A stretch of DNA of 64,000 nt, taken from the NCBI GenBank assembly GCA_963708865.1, contig CAVPUC010000001.1, positions 149,995 through 213,994 of the forward strand, given 5' to 3'. How positions within the stretch are numbered: position 1 is the first letter of the stretch; every line of letters begins with the position of its first letter. This DNA comes from an uncultured Gammaproteobacteria bacterium. Lineage in GTDB: Bacteria; Pseudomonadota; Gammaproteobacteria; Steroidobacterales; Steroidobacteraceae. A program made the position numbers and the translations under genes. Under the pieces are notes generated by a model. That model ran no database searches and had not been told where the DNA came from. It worked only from the letters and a program-made list of their open reading frames with translations. Below are positions 1 through 9,985 of this stretch, piece by piece.

Positions 1-972
1 TACACGGACATCGGCGCGCGCGTCCACAAGGGTGATCTGCTTGCCGAGATCGATACCCCGGAGGTGGACCGCCAGCTGGATCAGGCGCAGGCGGACCTGG
101 ATACGGCAAGCGCCAACGCGCACCTGGCCCAGACCACCAATGCGCGCTGGCAGGGCCTCGCCGCCAAACAGGCCGTCTCCAAACAGGACGCGGACGAGAA
201 GGCCGGGGATGCCGCGGCAAAAAGCGCTGCCGAGGCATCGGCACGCCAGAATCTGAAACGGCTGCAGGACCTGAAGGATTTCCAACGCGTGATCGCGCCC
301 TTCGATGGAATCGTGACCGCGCGCAATACCGATGTGGGCGCGTTGATCAATGCCGGACAGGTCAGCGGTGCGGCGCTGTTCACGCTGGCGGACATCCATG
401 TGCTGCGCGTCTACGCGCAGGTACCCGAAGCCTATGCCGCTGCGGCCCGCGCCGGACTGCCCGCAGAGCTGCATTTCTCGGAGCACCCGAACGATACCTA
501 CCCGGCGCAGACCGTTCGCACCTCCCATGCGCTGGATCCGGCCTCGCGTACCTTGCAGGTTGAACTGCAGCTGCCCAATGGAAACGGCGAGTTGTATCCG
601 GGCGCCTACGCCGAGATCCACTTCAAGCTGCCGAGCACCCGCCAGACGCTGCGGGTACCGTCGAATACGATACTGTTCCGCGACACCGGCATTCAGATCG
701 CAACGGTTGACCCCTCGCAGACCATCAAGCTTAAGAACGTCAGCGAGGGCCGGGATTTTGGTCAGACCATCGAGATCCTCGGCGGACTGGATGCCAACGA
801 CAGCGTCGTGGTCAATCCGCCGGATTCCATCGAAGAGGGCCTGAAGGTGCGCATCGCGCCTGCCAAGTCAGACCAGGGCAACGCATCGTCCGCCCCGGGC
901 CAGAAGGGTCAAGGCGCGCCGGGCAATGCCTCGGGCGAGTCGAAAGCCCAGACTCACGAGTCCCCGCTTTGA
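1..972 (+). CDS. Efflux transporter periplasmic adaptor (membrane-fusion protein, HlyD/RND-MFP family), 5' end cut by window edge
   Basis: Frame 1 is open from nt 1 (YTDIGARVHKGDLLAEIDTPEVDRQLDQAQADL...). It has a coiled-coil hairpin followed by a beta-barrel segment (IAPFDGIVTARNTDVGALI). Its stop overlaps the next gene start by 4 nt. Confidence 0.85.
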   Translation, partial: YTDIGARVHKGDLLAEIDTPEVDRQLDQAQADLDTASANAHLAQTTNARWQGLAAKQAVSKQDADEKAGDAAAKSAAEASARQNLKRLQDLKDFQRVIAPFDGIVTARNTDVGALINAGQVSGAALFTLADIHVLRVYAQVPEAYAAAARAGLPAELHFSEHPNDTYPAQTVRTSHALDPASRTLQVELQLPNGNGELYPGAYAEIHFKLPSTRQTLRVPSNTILFRDTGIQIATVDPSQTIKLKNVSEGRDFGQTIEILGGLDANDSVVVNPPDSIEEGLKVRIAPAKSDQGNASSAPGQKGQGAPGNASGESKAQTHESPL

Positions 973-2390
973 ATATCTGGTTGAAGACGGTAGTCCTGGC
1001 AGGCGCGGTAATGCCGGCCGCCTGCTCGTTCGCGCCGCCCTACAAGGTGCCGCAGAGTGCGGCGACGCCTGCCGCGTACAAAGAAGCCGGCGAATGGAAG
1101 GCCGCGGAGCCTGCCGACAGCGCCCCGAAGGGAAGCTGGTGGACCGCCTTCGGCGACGGTGAGCTCAATTCGCTCGAATCCCGGGCCGCCGACGCCAATC
1201 AAACGCTCAAGGCGGCCTTTGCGCGTCTGCAGGAGGCCCGGGCGGATACCCGCGTCGCCCGCGCGGACCTGTTTCCCATGGTTTCTGTGCAGGGATCCGC
1301 GCTGCGCTCCCGCGCCTCCCCCAATTCACCCACGTACACCCCGGGCAAGCCCACCGAGGGCAATGACTTCAATCTGGAAGCCGACGTGTCTTACGAAGTC
1401 GATTTGTGGGGCCGGGTCCGCAATGAGATCAGCGCGGCGCGCGCCAGTCAGCAGGCCAGCGCCGCTGATCTCGCCTCCATGCGGCTCTCCATCCAGGCCG
1501 AAGTCGCCACCGACTACTTCGGATTGCGCAGCTACGACATGCAGCAGCGGCTGCTCGACAAGACGGTCGCGGACTACCATCAGGCGCTCGAGCTCACCCA
1601 AGCCCTGTTCGATGGCGGGGCGGCGGCGCTCTCGGACCTGGAGCAAGCCAAGGCGCAACTGCATTCAGCCGAAACTCAGCAGGCGGACATCCATCTGCTG
1701 CGCGCCCAACAGGAGCATGCGATCGGCGTATTGGTGGGCGAGAATCCCTCGCTCTTCAGTCTGGCGGTCAATCCCCTGCCGTTGGATACGGCGCCGCCAC
1801 CCCTTGATGCCGGGATGCCCTCGCAGCTGCTCGAGCGCCGCCCCGATGTGGCGGAGGCGGAGCGACGCGTCGCAGCGGCGAATGCCCAGATCGGCGTTGC
1901 GCGCGCGGCCTATTTCCCGCAGTTCAGCCTGGGCGCCGCCGGCGGCTTCAACAGCGTGCAGGCCTCCAACTGGCTCAGCGCGCCGAGCCTGTTCTGGTCA
2001 TTGGGCCCGCAGGTGTCGTTCCCGATTTTCGAAGGGGGCAAACTGGTCGCGCAGACCGCCCGCGCCAAGGCGGTCTATGCCGAACAGGTCGCCAATTATC
2101 GCAACACGGTCCTGACGGCCTATCGCGACGTGGAAGACAATCTTGCGGCGCTACGGCAGCTCGCAGTGGAAAGCGAGACGCAACGGCAGGCGGTCGAGGC
2201 GAGCAATATCGTTCTGCAGAAGTCGCAGGACCGGTATCTGGCGGGGCTGGTGACCTATCTGGAAGTCGCGACCAGTGAGACCACCGCGCTGCAGGCCGAA
2301 CTGTCGCGCATCAACATACAGACCCGGCGTCTCAATGCCGCAGTGCTGCTGATCAAGGCCCTGGGAGGGGGCTGGAACCAAAGCCTGTGA
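969..2390 (+). CDS. Efflux outer-membrane factor lipoprotein, NodT family
   Basis: 473 aa. Lipoprotein signal with Cys (VLAGAVMPAAC). Two OEP/TolC repeats, and a C-terminal LLIKALGGGW motif typical of NodT/OprM-type factors. Confidence 0.9.
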   Translation: MNIWLKTVVLAGAVMPAACSFAPPYKVPQSAATPAAYKEAGEWKAAEPADSAPKGSWWTAFGDGELNSLESRAADANQTLKAAFARLQEARADTRVARADLFPMVSVQGSALRSRASPNSPTYTPGKPTEGNDFNLEADVSYEVDLWGRVRNEISAARASQQASAADLASMRLSIQAEVATDYFGLRSYDMQQRLLDKTVADYHQALELTQALFDGGAAALSDLEQAKAQLHSAETQQADIHLLRAQQEHAIGVLVGENPSLFSLAVNPLPLDTAPPPLDAGMPSQLLERRPDVAEAERRVAAANAQIGVARAAYFPQFSLGAAGGFNSVQASNWLSAPSLFWSLGPQVSFPIFEGGKLVAQTARAKAVYAEQVANYRNTVLTAYRDVEDNLAALRQLAVESETQRQAVEASNIVLQKSQDRYLAGLVTYLEVATSETTALQAELSRINIQTRRLNAAVLLIKALGGGWNQSL

Positions 2391-3957
2391 GACTGATGCG
2401 CTCCCCTGGCCGCAGAGTGATCCGTCTTGCCGGGCCGCCACCCGTGGAAAGCCCCAACACCTGGCTGCGCTCATCGAGGCTGACGAGGGAGTGCAGCTGT
2501 CCCGACTCCCCTGTCACGACACGGGCAATGCCGCCGTCAACTCGCGCGATCGATCGTCCATCGAGTTGCAGGTTCGCACCGCTGCCCTCGTAGGTCAGCT
2601 GCGCCCGATGCGTGCGGTCGGTGCGAAGACTGAATGTCGCGCCTGCAGAGGCCGCATGCCCGGGACGGATATTCCAGTGCAGTTGCCGCCCCGCTTCGCA
2701 GATCCCCGCCAACCGCCAGGTGAAGTCAATCATCACCAGCGCCGCCGGCGAGTACCCGGGCGGCTGGCCGTCGGTGAATGTGCCGGTCAGCGGATCAGCC
2801 TGCTGCCTGAAGTGGCCATCGGCCAGCAGCGCCTCGCACCAGCGCTGCATGAGCACGGCGTGCGCCGCCGATTTGCCGTAGTGGTCGAACCATCGCCCGG
2901 TTCGCAGCGCCGTTAGCGCCTGCGAGGCACCCCCCCAGGAATTTGCAGGAATCGGCCGTACGAAGAGTGCGTCGTCCAATGCCACGGATGGCAACGGCAG
3001 CGCCGACCAGAATGCGCGCGGATCATGCAGCTGATGCGACCACAGATGCTCGAACGTCGGCTGATCCACGACGTGCTCGCCGCAGACGCGACTCAGGATA
3101 TCGCAGCGTATCCGGATCGACTCACCCGCCGCGTCCAGGTCGTAGAACGCGGCCTCTTGCGCGTGATAGAGATGCGTGAGTATCAGCCGCTGCAGGTCTT
3201 GCGCCTGCTGCCCCCAGTGGGCAGCCTCGGCGCTCCTGCCCAGCGCCTCCGCCATCTGCGCCAGCGCCACCCGCCCGCCATAGGTCGAGGCAGACAGATC
3301 CGGGCACAGGCGCGGCAGCTTCAGTCCCGCCGGAAATTTTTTCGCATCCTGGTCGGGGCATTGCGCAGGGATGCCGCGCCAGCGAGGGCTGTTGTCCTGA
3401 CCCGTGTCGTAGGTGCAGAACCCTTCGGTAAGGCCGGTGCCGCGGATGTTGCGGTAGCGGCGCAGCCAGTCGTCCCACTTTGTGCACGCACCGTAGGCTT
3501 CCTGGAGCAGCGCCTCATCTCCCGTGGCCTGCGCCAGCTCCCAGGCGGTTGCGGCGATCGGTACCACCATCTGGATTTGGCCAAAGCCCGTTCCCGATAC
3601 CTTGTTGTTGCACGGCAGCTGGCCGTCGGCACGCTGCAGCGCGAAGAAGCATTGATGGCTCTGGCGTGCCACATCGGGCCGGAACTTGCGGTAGAGCAGT
3701 GACTCGTGCGGACCACACTCCAGCCAGATACCCGCATAGGCGGCCCCTTCGATCAGCACCGGGCCGGCATAGCGCGGCAAGGTCTGCACGTTGGCCGCCA
3801 GCACGCCCAGGGCCTGGTCGTAGCCGCGCTGCCAAGCCGCGTGCTGGGTTTTGAACACTGGCGCCTCGACGGGGCGCGCCGGCGCGATGTCGGCGAGCGC
3901 ACGGCTCGCCGCCGCCGCGAGGCTGCCTGCCAGAAACCCGCGGCGGTTCATCGGCAC
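2353..3957 (-). CDS. Tat-exported (alpha/alpha)6-barrel glycoside hydrolase-like protein (GH63/GH37-like)
   Basis: 534-aa ORF with a twin-arginine leader (MNRRGFLAGSLAAAASRALA). It carries a TGQDNSPRW loop motif seen in GH63/trehalase-type hydrolases and lies in the pectin/hexuronate cluster. The 3' end overlaps the convergent OMF gene by 38 nt. Confidence 0.6.
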   Translation of the reverse strand: MPMNRRGFLAGSLAAAASRALADIAPARPVEAPVFKTQHAAWQRGYDQALGVLAANVQTLPRYAGPVLIEGAAYAGIWLECGPHESLLYRKFRPDVARQSHQCFFALQRADGQLPCNNKVSGTGFGQIQMVVPIAATAWELAQATGDEALLQEAYGACTKWDDWLRRYRNIRGTGLTEGFCTYDTGQDNSPRWRGIPAQCPDQDAKKFPAGLKLPRLCPDLSASTYGGRVALAQMAEALGRSAEAAHWGQQAQDLQRLILTHLYHAQEAAFYDLDAAGESIRIRCDILSRVCGEHVVDQPTFEHLWSHQLHDPRAFWSALPLPSVALDDALFVRPIPANSWGGASQALTALRTGRWFDHYGKSAAHAVLMQRWCEALLADGHFRQQADPLTGTFTDGQPPGYSPAALVMIDFTWRLAGICEAGRQLHWNIRPGHAASAGATFSLRTDRTHRAQLTYEGSGANLQLDGRSIARVDGGIARVVTGESGQLHSLVSLDERSQVLGLSTGGGPARRITLRPGERISLTGFGSSPLPGP

Positions 3958-3984
3958 CGCCCGGCCCTCAGGTGCGTCGGTACG

Positions 3985-5610
3985 CTAGTGCTCGACATGG
4001 AACCAATCGACATCCACGTAGCCTCCGGGCGCCGCTACCGCCGCGCCCTCAGGAGCGGTCCTGACGTACGTGAAGAGACCCGGCCGACTGCCTTTCCACC
4101 AGGAAAATCGGCTCAAGGCAGTCGCCGGGCCGAATGCCTGGAACGGCGCGCCGGCCTGCGCATAGGCGAACCGGACCGATTGATCGGGACTCACCTGCGC
4201 CTGAAGATCGATGATCTCGCCGGACAGCATCGGGCCGCGCGTTTCGACGCCGGCCGACGCGTAGGTCAGATAGGACGATCCGGCATCGTGGACGACGCCA
4301 ATCCATGTGGGCCGGACGCCGAACAACACCAGCCCGGCACGCTGCTGGTCGCTCAGATGCCCGATGTCGAGACGCGCCGTCATGGTGACGGCAGGTCCTT
4401 GCAGTATCTGAGTCAGCGTATTACGTGCAGTGACCAGATATTGTGCCGGTGCTGCGCGCAGCCGCAGGTAGCCCGGCCGCGCACTCAAGCTCCACCGCTG
4501 ATCATCGGGGTTGTGGTTCCATTCCCACTGCAATCCCAATGTGGGGGCGTTGAATTCATCCGCATCCTGCAAGCGGTATTGCTGGGCTTCGGGCACCACG
4601 ACCGGCACGGCATGCTCACTCACGGGCTGACCTTGAACCTCATCGCCGATGGGCTCACCGATGACGGGCCAGTCATGGTGCCAGCGCACCGGTTCAAGGT
4701 AGGTGATGCGGCCGAAGGCACCGGTACTGTTGAAATGGATGAACCAACCGTGACCGTCCGGCGTCTCCACATACGCGCCCTGATGTGGCCCTAGCACCGT
4801 GGTCCGTCCGGGTACCAACACCACGCGCCATTTGTAGGGACCGAAAATGTCGTGCGCGCGCAGTACCGCCTGGCCGCCGCTGCCGACGCCGCCAATCGGC
4901 GCGAAGATGTAGTACCAGCCGTGACGCTTGTACAGCTTCGGCCCTTCGATGACCGGCAGGTTGACCTTATCCTCGACGATGGTCTTCCCCGCATCGAGAA
5001 CCCGCAGACCATCGGCGCTCAGGCGATGCAGGATCAGCGACCCGGCGCCCACCTTCGCGTGCACCAGGTAGGCTTTGCCATCGCCGTCCCAGAACGGACA
5101 GGGATCCTCGAAGCCCGGACCCGCCAGCACGGTCACCGGCGCGGACCATGGGCCTTCCATGCGTGGCGCGGTGCTGACGAATACCCCCTCATCCGGGGTC
5201 GGCCAATACACATAAAACTTGTGATCGTGGTAGCGCACCGAGGGTGCCCAGACCCCGCCGCCATAGCGCTGCCCCGCACCGACCGGGCCGCCCGTCGCAT
5301 CGGTCAGCGTGAAAGGCGGCACCATGTCATAGCCCGGTGCAAAGTTGAGCCGCGGCAGCACGTGGCCGGCGATGCGCCAATGCACCAGATCCAGCGATTC
5401 GAGTATTGGGATGCCCGGCGAGAAGTGAAAGCTCGAGGCGACCAGGTAGTACTGCTTGTCGACCCGCAGCACGTCCGGGTCCGAATAGTCCGCGTAGAGA
5501 ATCGGATTGCGATAGACCGTGGCACCATCGGCGTGGCTGCGAGTCGCGAGCCCCGCCGCAAGGCACGCCAGCACGGCGACGGCGAGGCGAAAATTCGCGA
5601 TCCTGATCAT
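3985..5610 (-). CDS. Glycoside hydrolase family 43 (beta-xylosidase/alpha-L-arabinofuranosidase type)
   Basis: Start set at ATG 5610 (MIRIANFRLAVAVLACLAAGLA signal peptide), in frame inside the 771-aa ORF. GH43 propeller motifs are present (NPILYADYSDPDV, GGVWAPSV, FAPIGG), followed by a C-terminal beta-sandwich domain. The start lies 2 nt from the GH28 stop. Confidence 0.85.
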   Translation of the reverse strand: MIRIANFRLAVAVLACLAAGLATRSHADGATVYRNPILYADYSDPDVLRVDKQYYLVASSFHFSPGIPILESLDLVHWRIAGHVLPRLNFAPGYDMVPPFTLTDATGGPVGAGQRYGGGVWAPSVRYHDHKFYVYWPTPDEGVFVSTAPRMEGPWSAPVTVLAGPGFEDPCPFWDGDGKAYLVHAKVGAGSLILHRLSADGLRVLDAGKTIVEDKVNLPVIEGPKLYKRHGWYYIFAPIGGVGSGGQAVLRAHDIFGPYKWRVVLVPGRTTVLGPHQGAYVETPDGHGWFIHFNSTGAFGRITYLEPVRWHHDWPVIGEPIGDEVQGQPVSEHAVPVVVPEAQQYRLQDADEFNAPTLGLQWEWNHNPDDQRWSLSARPGYLRLRAAPAQYLVTARNTLTQILQGPAVTMTARLDIGHLSDQQRAGLVLFGVRPTWIGVVHDAGSSYLTYASAGVETRGPMLSGEIIDLQAQVSPDQSVRFAYAQAGAPFQAFGPATALSRFSWWKGSRPGLFTYVRTAPEGAAVAAPGGYVDVDWFHVEH

Positions 5611-5612
5611 CG

Positions 5613-7115
5613 CTAGCCGGTGCAGACGTTGTGGGTATCCAGATCCGCCAGGATCATCGGTCGGGCATCCTGGCCGCGGCGGGAGAACCTGACACGTCTC
5701 AGCGTCAACCCGTCGATGTGGCGAGCCCACAGGCCATACGCCGGCACCGCACCCTGGATCATGTGCGCATCGGGATAGACGTTGCGCATTTCCGCGATGT
5801 CCGCCTGCTTCGGTACCGGCTTGTCGGTGGCACCGACCTCCAGGGCCACATCGCTGAGCACTACATCCTGGATGTGCCGCTCCGGCAATCCCATGAAATA
5901 GGAGCCCCGTGAGCCGTTGTCCGCACCGCTGATCTGCTCGTAGACAATCCGCCGCAGCGTCCCCGGTGTCGGCCTGGACTCCTCCGGGCGCACGCGCCCG
6001 CGATCGCCCAAGCGTAGGAACAACGGTGAGTCGGCACGCGTGATATCGATGTTTTTCGCATAGATGTTTTCCGCCCGGCCGCCATCGACGATCTCCCACG
6101 AAATGCCCGACTCGGCACGCCGCCGGTTGATGGCGGGCATATCGGCCGACGGGCCGCCGATCTGCAGATTCCGCAGCAGCACATTGCGGAATACGCTCTG
6201 CGAGTCCGTTCCCAGCTTGATGGGATTGGTGGTGCTGTAGATGCGGCAGTTTTCCACCAGCACATCCTCGGTCGCTCGTTCGGCCGCGCCCTTGAAGCAC
6301 AAGCCATCATCTTCGGAATTGATGCGGCAGTTGCGGACAATCACCCTGCGGCAGCCATCGATGTCGCAGCCATCGTTATTGAAGTTGGACTGGTTCTGCA
6401 CCCGCAGGTTCTCGATCAGCAGGTCATCGCAGTGCAGATAATTCTGCATCCAGCAGGGTGAGTCCTTGAGGAACAGGTCCTGGATGTGGACCTGCCGGCA
6501 GTCGATGATGCGGATCAGAAAGGGGCGCCCTGGTGTCGCACCGATGGCCTCGAGCCCGGGAAAGTTCGCCTTGGTTCCGCGTCCGTCGATCATGCCCTCC
6601 CCGCACAGAGCGACATTGGTGCAGCCTTCGGCAAAGATCAGCGACTGGTTCATGCCCATGTTGCTGTCCATGACCGTGGGACGCTTGGCGATGCGCAGCG
6701 GAAAGTCCTTGAGGTCCACGCTTGCGAGCAGACGCGCACCTTTTTCCACTTTCAGGCGCACGTGACTGCGCAGATCCAGGGTGCCACTGACGTAGTCGCC
6801 GTGCGCCAGCACGACCGTCCCGCCGCCCTTTTGGGCCACAGCATCGATGGCCGCCTGAATCGCCAGGGTCGCAAGCGGCTGTCCGGCGGCATAACCGAAA
6901 TGCTCGGGGCGGCTGATCCGATCCGGGCCGCTCCAGGCCTTTACGCTTGCGCGCAGGCCCAGCGCCATCGCTTCCAGATCCGCTCCCAGTTGCGTGGCCC
7001 AGGCGGGGAACGACGCATGGCAGGCCTCTGCGGCTTTGGCGTAGCGGCTGACACGGGATGCGCCGGCAACCGAAACCAGGGCAGCCGCAAACTCGCGGCG
7101 CGAAAGCCGTCTCAC
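5613..7115 (-). CDS. Glycoside hydrolase family 28 (exo-/polygalacturonase)
   Basis: Parallel beta-helix GH28 motifs (NNDGCDIDGC, NSEDDGLCFKG). Start set at GTG 7115, which gives a GTGA overlap with the uxaA stop and a Tat-like leader (RRLSRREFAAALVSVAGAS). The ORF-track start at 7175 is also possible. Confidence 0.8.
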   Translation of the reverse strand: MRRLSRREFAAALVSVAGASRVSRYAKAAEACHASFPAWATQLGADLEAMALGLRASVKAWSGPDRISRPEHFGYAAGQPLATLAIQAAIDAVAQKGGGTVVLAHGDYVSGTLDLRSHVRLKVEKGARLLASVDLKDFPLRIAKRPTVMDSNMGMNQSLIFAEGCTNVALCGEGMIDGRGTKANFPGLEAIGATPGRPFLIRIIDCRQVHIQDLFLKDSPCWMQNYLHCDDLLIENLRVQNQSNFNNDGCDIDGCRRVIVRNCRINSEDDGLCFKGAAERATEDVLVENCRIYSTTNPIKLGTDSQSVFRNVLLRNLQIGGPSADMPAINRRRAESGISWEIVDGGRAENIYAKNIDITRADSPLFLRLGDRGRVRPEESRPTPGTLRRIVYEQISGADNGSRGSYFMGLPERHIQDVVLSDVALEVGATDKPVPKQADIAEMRNVYPDAHMIQGAVPAYGLWARHIDGLTLRRVRFSRRGQDARPMILADLDTHNVCTG

Positions 7116-8626
7116 AGCGTAACGCCGCGTTTCCACAGCGCGATCTCGCGGGCACCCGCCTCTTCGTGACGACACGGCTGGCCCGAAGCCACCGTGGTGA
7201 TGAGGTCCAGCAGGTGCGCGGTGAGGACATTGCGATCGGCCCCACCCAGCAGCGATCCCGCATCGAAATCAATCCAGCGAGGCTTGCGCAGCGCCAGATC
7301 GCTGTTGGAGGAGATCTTCAGCGTGGGCGCGGGAAAGCCCAGTGGCGTGCCCCGTCCGGTGGTAAACAGCACGATGACGGCACCGGCCGCAATCATGGCG
7401 GTGGTGGAAACCGCATCGTTACCGGGCGATTCGAGTATCACCAGACCCTTCTCGGTCGCGCGGCCGCCATAGCGCACCACCTGCGTGACTTCGGCGTTGC
7501 CGCCCTTCTGCACCGCCCCCAGTGATTTCTCCTCGAGCGTCGTGATGCCGCCTTGGCGGTTACCCGGCGAGGGGTTCTCAAAAATCGGCAGCTGATGCGA
7601 GGTGAAGTAGTGTTTGAATTCACTGATCAGTTCAGCGAGCCGCGAAAAGGTCGAACGATCGCGGCAGCGGGCCATGAGCACCCGCTCGGCGCCGAATAAT
7701 TCCGGGATTTCGCTCAATATGGCGGTACCGCCGCTGCCGGTCACGGCATCACAGATGCGCCCGACCAGGGGGTTCGCGGTAAGTCCCGAGAAGGCATCCG
7801 AGCCGCCGCATTTCAGGCCGATGACCAGGTCACCAAGATCGCATGGGGAGCGCCGATCAGCGTCCATGGTGTCAACCAGCGGCGCAAGCGCCGTCAGTCC
7901 CGCCTCGATCTCATCGTCCACCGCCTGGGCATTGAAATACGCCAGGCGGTCGGCACTGCGCGCGCCCAGCTCAGCGATCAGCGCGCTGAGCTGATTGTTT
8001 TCGCAGCCGAGACCGACGACCAGCACCGCCCCGGCATTCGGGTGCTGGGCTAGCGCGGCCAGCAACTGTCGCGTGCCACTCAGATCATCGCCCAGCTGGG
8101 AGCAGCCAAAGGGATGACCAAAGGCAAAGATCCCATCGGTGCGGCCCGCAAACTTGACTTGCGCGCGCTCGGCAATGCGGCGCACCGTCTCGGCCACGCA
8201 CCCGACGGTGCACAGTATCCACACCTCATTGCGGATACCGACCTGGCCGTTGGCGCGTCGATACCCCATGAATTCGCGGCGCACCGGCACTGCGGGCGCC
8301 CGCGCTACCGGTTCGGTGTAGGTGTACTGATCGTTCTCGGCCAGGCCCGAGCGCAGGTTATGGGTGTGGACATGGGCGCCGGCTTCGATATCCACCATGG
8401 CGTAACCGATGCCATGGCCATACTTCATGACGAGCTCGCCGCACCGATGCGCTCTGAGCGCGATCTTGTGGCCGCGCGGCGTATCCGTGCCGACTTGAAT
8501 GACACCACATGCAAAGGACAGGCGCTCCCCTGCCCGCGCATCGCGCAGGCACACGGCGACACTGTCGGCAGCGTGCACCTGCAGCAGCGCCGCCGGTGTG
8601 GCTTCGTCGCCGGAAAACTGCCTCAC
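7112..8626 (-). CDS. uxaA: Altronate dehydratase
   Basis: 504 aa with an N-terminal SAF domain and a UxaA/GarD-type dehydratase C-terminal domain (GHKIALRAH, VGLGCENN). Short overlaps with both neighbours. Confidence 0.9.
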   Translation of the reverse strand: MRQFSGDEATPAALLQVHAADSVAVCLRDARAGERLSFACGVIQVGTDTPRGHKIALRAHRCGELVMKYGHGIGYAMVDIEAGAHVHTHNLRSGLAENDQYTYTEPVARAPAVPVRREFMGYRRANGQVGIRNEVWILCTVGCVAETVRRIAERAQVKFAGRTDGIFAFGHPFGCSQLGDDLSGTRQLLAALAQHPNAGAVLVVGLGCENNQLSALIAELGARSADRLAYFNAQAVDDEIEAGLTALAPLVDTMDADRRSPCDLGDLVIGLKCGGSDAFSGLTANPLVGRICDAVTGSGGTAILSEIPELFGAERVLMARCRDRSTFSRLAELISEFKHYFTSHQLPIFENPSPGNRQGGITTLEEKSLGAVQKGGNAEVTQVVRYGGRATEKGLVILESPGNDAVSTTAMIAAGAVIVLFTTGRGTPLGFPAPTLKISSNSDLALRKPRWIDFDAGSLLGGADRNVLTAHLLDLITTVASGQPCRHEEAGAREIALWKRGVTL

Positions 8627-9918
8627 GACGCCACCGCGCCGGCAAACTCCGGTTTCACGCGCTGCAATCTCGGACTCAGAATTTGGATCACCATAAGGGC
8701 GATGAGATAGACCGATGCGGCGATGATAAACGGTAGGCGATAGGAACTACCGGTGGCCTGAAGATTCTGGCCTACGAACTTGGTAAACAGCATGCCGCCG
8801 ATGGCGCCCGACATGCCGCCAATCCCGATCACCGAGGCCACGGCCGAGCGCGGTAATACGTCGGAAGGGAAGGTATAGAGATTGGCGGAGAAGGCCTGGT
8901 GCGCGGCGGCGGCCAAGCCGATCAACAGCACCGCCATCCACAGTTCCCGGGCACCATCGACCCGCAGAATCGGCAGCACCAGCAAGGCGCAGACCAGCAT
9001 CGTGAGCTTGCGTGCCACATTCACACTCACACCACGGCGCATCAACGCCGAAGAGGAAAACCCGCCCAGCACCGATCCCACATCGGAAATCAGGTAGATC
9101 GCGATCAGCGGCGGTCCGTAGCTGCTCAGGTCCAGATGGTAGGTCTTGTTGAGGAAGTCCGGCAGCCAGAACAGGTACAGCCACCAGATCGGGTCGATCA
9201 GGAACCGGCCGCCCGCATAAGCCCAGGTTTCCTTGAGCTTCAGGAGCTGCCACCAGTTCACTGAACTGACCGGTTCGGCGGGATCTGACTCAATCAGGGC
9301 CAGCTCCGCCGCGTTAACGCGCGGATGTTCCTGCGGACGGCGGTACAGGACCAGCCAGGCAATCAGCCACAGCATACCGACTGCGCCGGTGACGAAGAAC
9401 GAGGATCGCCAGCCCCAGGTAGCCGTCAGTACCGGCACCATGGCCGGCGCGATGATGGCGCCCAGATTGGTACCGGCATTGAAAATGCCCGCGGCGAGGG
9501 CGCGCTCGCGCTGGGGGAACCAGTCCGCGATGGCCTTGAGGCTGGCGGGAAAGGCGCCCGATTCGCCCAGTCCCAAACCCACACGCGCCAGCGTGAATTG
9601 CACCGTCGTGGCGGCAAGGCCTGCGGCCATGTGCGACAGGTTCCACAGGATGAAGGCGATGGCATAGCCGGTTCGGGCACCGATGCGGTCCAGCACGCGG
9701 CCGAACGTGACATAGCCTAGGGCATAAGCCGCCTGGAACCAGAAAACAATGTCGGCGTAGCCGTTCTCGTCGAGCGAGAACTCCTGCTGTATCGGACTCT
9801 TCAGCAGGCCAATCGTCTGGCGCTGAATGTAGTTGATCGCCATCGCGGTCAGCAGCAGGCCGCAGATCACCCAGCGGTAATGTGTGGCCTTGGCGTTTTG
9901 CGAGACGGCCGCTGCCAT
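8623..9918 (-). CDS. exuT: MFS hexuronate transporter
   Basis: 431-aa multi-TM MFS protein. The N-terminus (YRWVICGLLLTAMAINYIQRQTIGLL) is typical of the ExuT/phthalate-permease subfamily. Translationally coupled to uxaA. Confidence 0.8.
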   Translation of the reverse strand: MAAAVSQNAKATHYRWVICGLLLTAMAINYIQRQTIGLLKSPIQQEFSLDENGYADIVFWFQAAYALGYVTFGRVLDRIGARTGYAIAFILWNLSHMAAGLAATTVQFTLARVGLGLGESGAFPASLKAIADWFPQRERALAAGIFNAGTNLGAIIAPAMVPVLTATWGWRSSFFVTGAVGMLWLIAWLVLYRRPQEHPRVNAAELALIESDPAEPVSSVNWWQLLKLKETWAYAGGRFLIDPIWWLYLFWLPDFLNKTYHLDLSSYGPPLIAIYLISDVGSVLGGFSSSALMRRGVSVNVARKLTMLVCALLVLPILRVDGARELWMAVLLIGLAAAAHQAFSANLYTFPSDVLPRSAVASVIGIGGMSGAIGGMLFTKFVGQNLQATGSSYRLPFIIAASVYLIALMVIQILSPRLQRVKPEFAGAVAS

Positions 9919-9985
9919 GTGCCAGTTACCGGTACGCGCCGCCGGTATCCGGCGGCCGCCAGCGTGTCACTGGCGGCCGCCTGAC

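Noticed and set aside
3985-6300. 771-aa ORF extending GH43 upstream across the GH28 gene
   Set aside because: The first 230 residues are Arg/Gly/Ala-rich nonsense overlapping the well-supported GH28 frame. A signal peptide follows ATG 5610.
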